The position numbers and the translations under genes are program-made. From positions 41,912,001 through 41,976,000 of the forward strand of contig OX597834.1 of NCBI GenBank assembly GCA_951406725.2: a stretch of DNA of 64,000 nucleotides, in the 5' to 3' direction. Below are positions 63,416 to 64,000 of the stretch, in pieces; the first letter of the stretch is position 1; every line of letters begins with the position of its first letter. A model generated the notes under the pieces. The model ran no database searches. It saw only the letters and a list, made by a program, of their open reading frames with translations, and was not told the origin of the DNA. The stretch comes from Octopus vulgaris. Taxonomy: Eukaryota.

Positions 63416-64000
63416 AAACATGGACAGTGTTACCTTAATATATATGTAGTGGGACTATTCTGTAATCGATCACTATATCTGATGTCACAGTTTGCTAGAA
63501 TAATACCAACATAATGAACAAAACCTGACCAGTCATGACTTTGTCTGTAACTGGCTCCACCAACAATTCCATCTTTTCACTCCTTTCTCTTTAAGCCTAT
63601 CTAGCAATAGAAATTCAGTAAACCTTAGCTACTTGATAGACTCCATTGGAGATGGCCAACAAGAATATGGACAGCAAATGTAATAAACAACCAGTGACAG
63701 TGAAGTAACACAATGACCAGCAGCTAAATTTTTGACCGCTGCTACGATTATATAACCAGAGCAATACCATTCAAACTCTCTCGAAGTTTTGTCATTTATA
63801 GCATCAATTATCAACATCATTTGTTATTTGTTTACGAGAAGAACGAAAATTTTGTTTATCAAAAATCTCAACAGATTTCATCATCTTCTCAATTTAAAAT
63901 GAGGGTGTAAAATTGACTATCAATTTGATTAATATCAATTTAAAACCAGTGGTCTAGCATATAAAAAAATCTGAAGGTTCAGAAAATTATATTACATACA

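Overview
This is AT-rich, repeat-saturated animal genomic DNA. The [11 protein letters not shown]-type C2H2 gene and the tRNA-derived SINE families point to a coleoid cephalopod, probably Octopus (inference). Only two host genes are recognisable, arranged tail-to-tail: a ~20-finger C2H2 zinc-finger gene (2784-4712, +) broken by one in-frame TGA at a Zn-ligand Cys, and a torsin-activator LAP1/LULL1 (TOR1AIP)-like gene (last exon 5362-6157, -). The rest consists of four SINE families, LINE fragments (CR1, RTE, R4/Dong, Hero-like), piggyBac/hAT/mariner MITEs, Helitron-like elements, a broken maT-type transposase and microsatellites. Nearly all long ORFs in the supplied track are repeat artefacts. 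The most notable items are (1) minimal hammerhead-ribozyme motifs in Penelope-like fragments, including a two-copy family with a swapped G3-C8 core pair; (2) two long tandem arrays at the 5' (last-synthesised) end of retroposons, namely ~142 x 33 bp of a SINE A-box head and 20 x 123 bp of a CR1 3' end that has lost its stop codon, the latter nested in a transposase; and (3) a 3.2-kb palindrome centred on a (TACA)/(TGCA)/(TATG) strand switch, plus several near-perfect fold-back hairpins. All calls were made by eye and boundaries are approximate.
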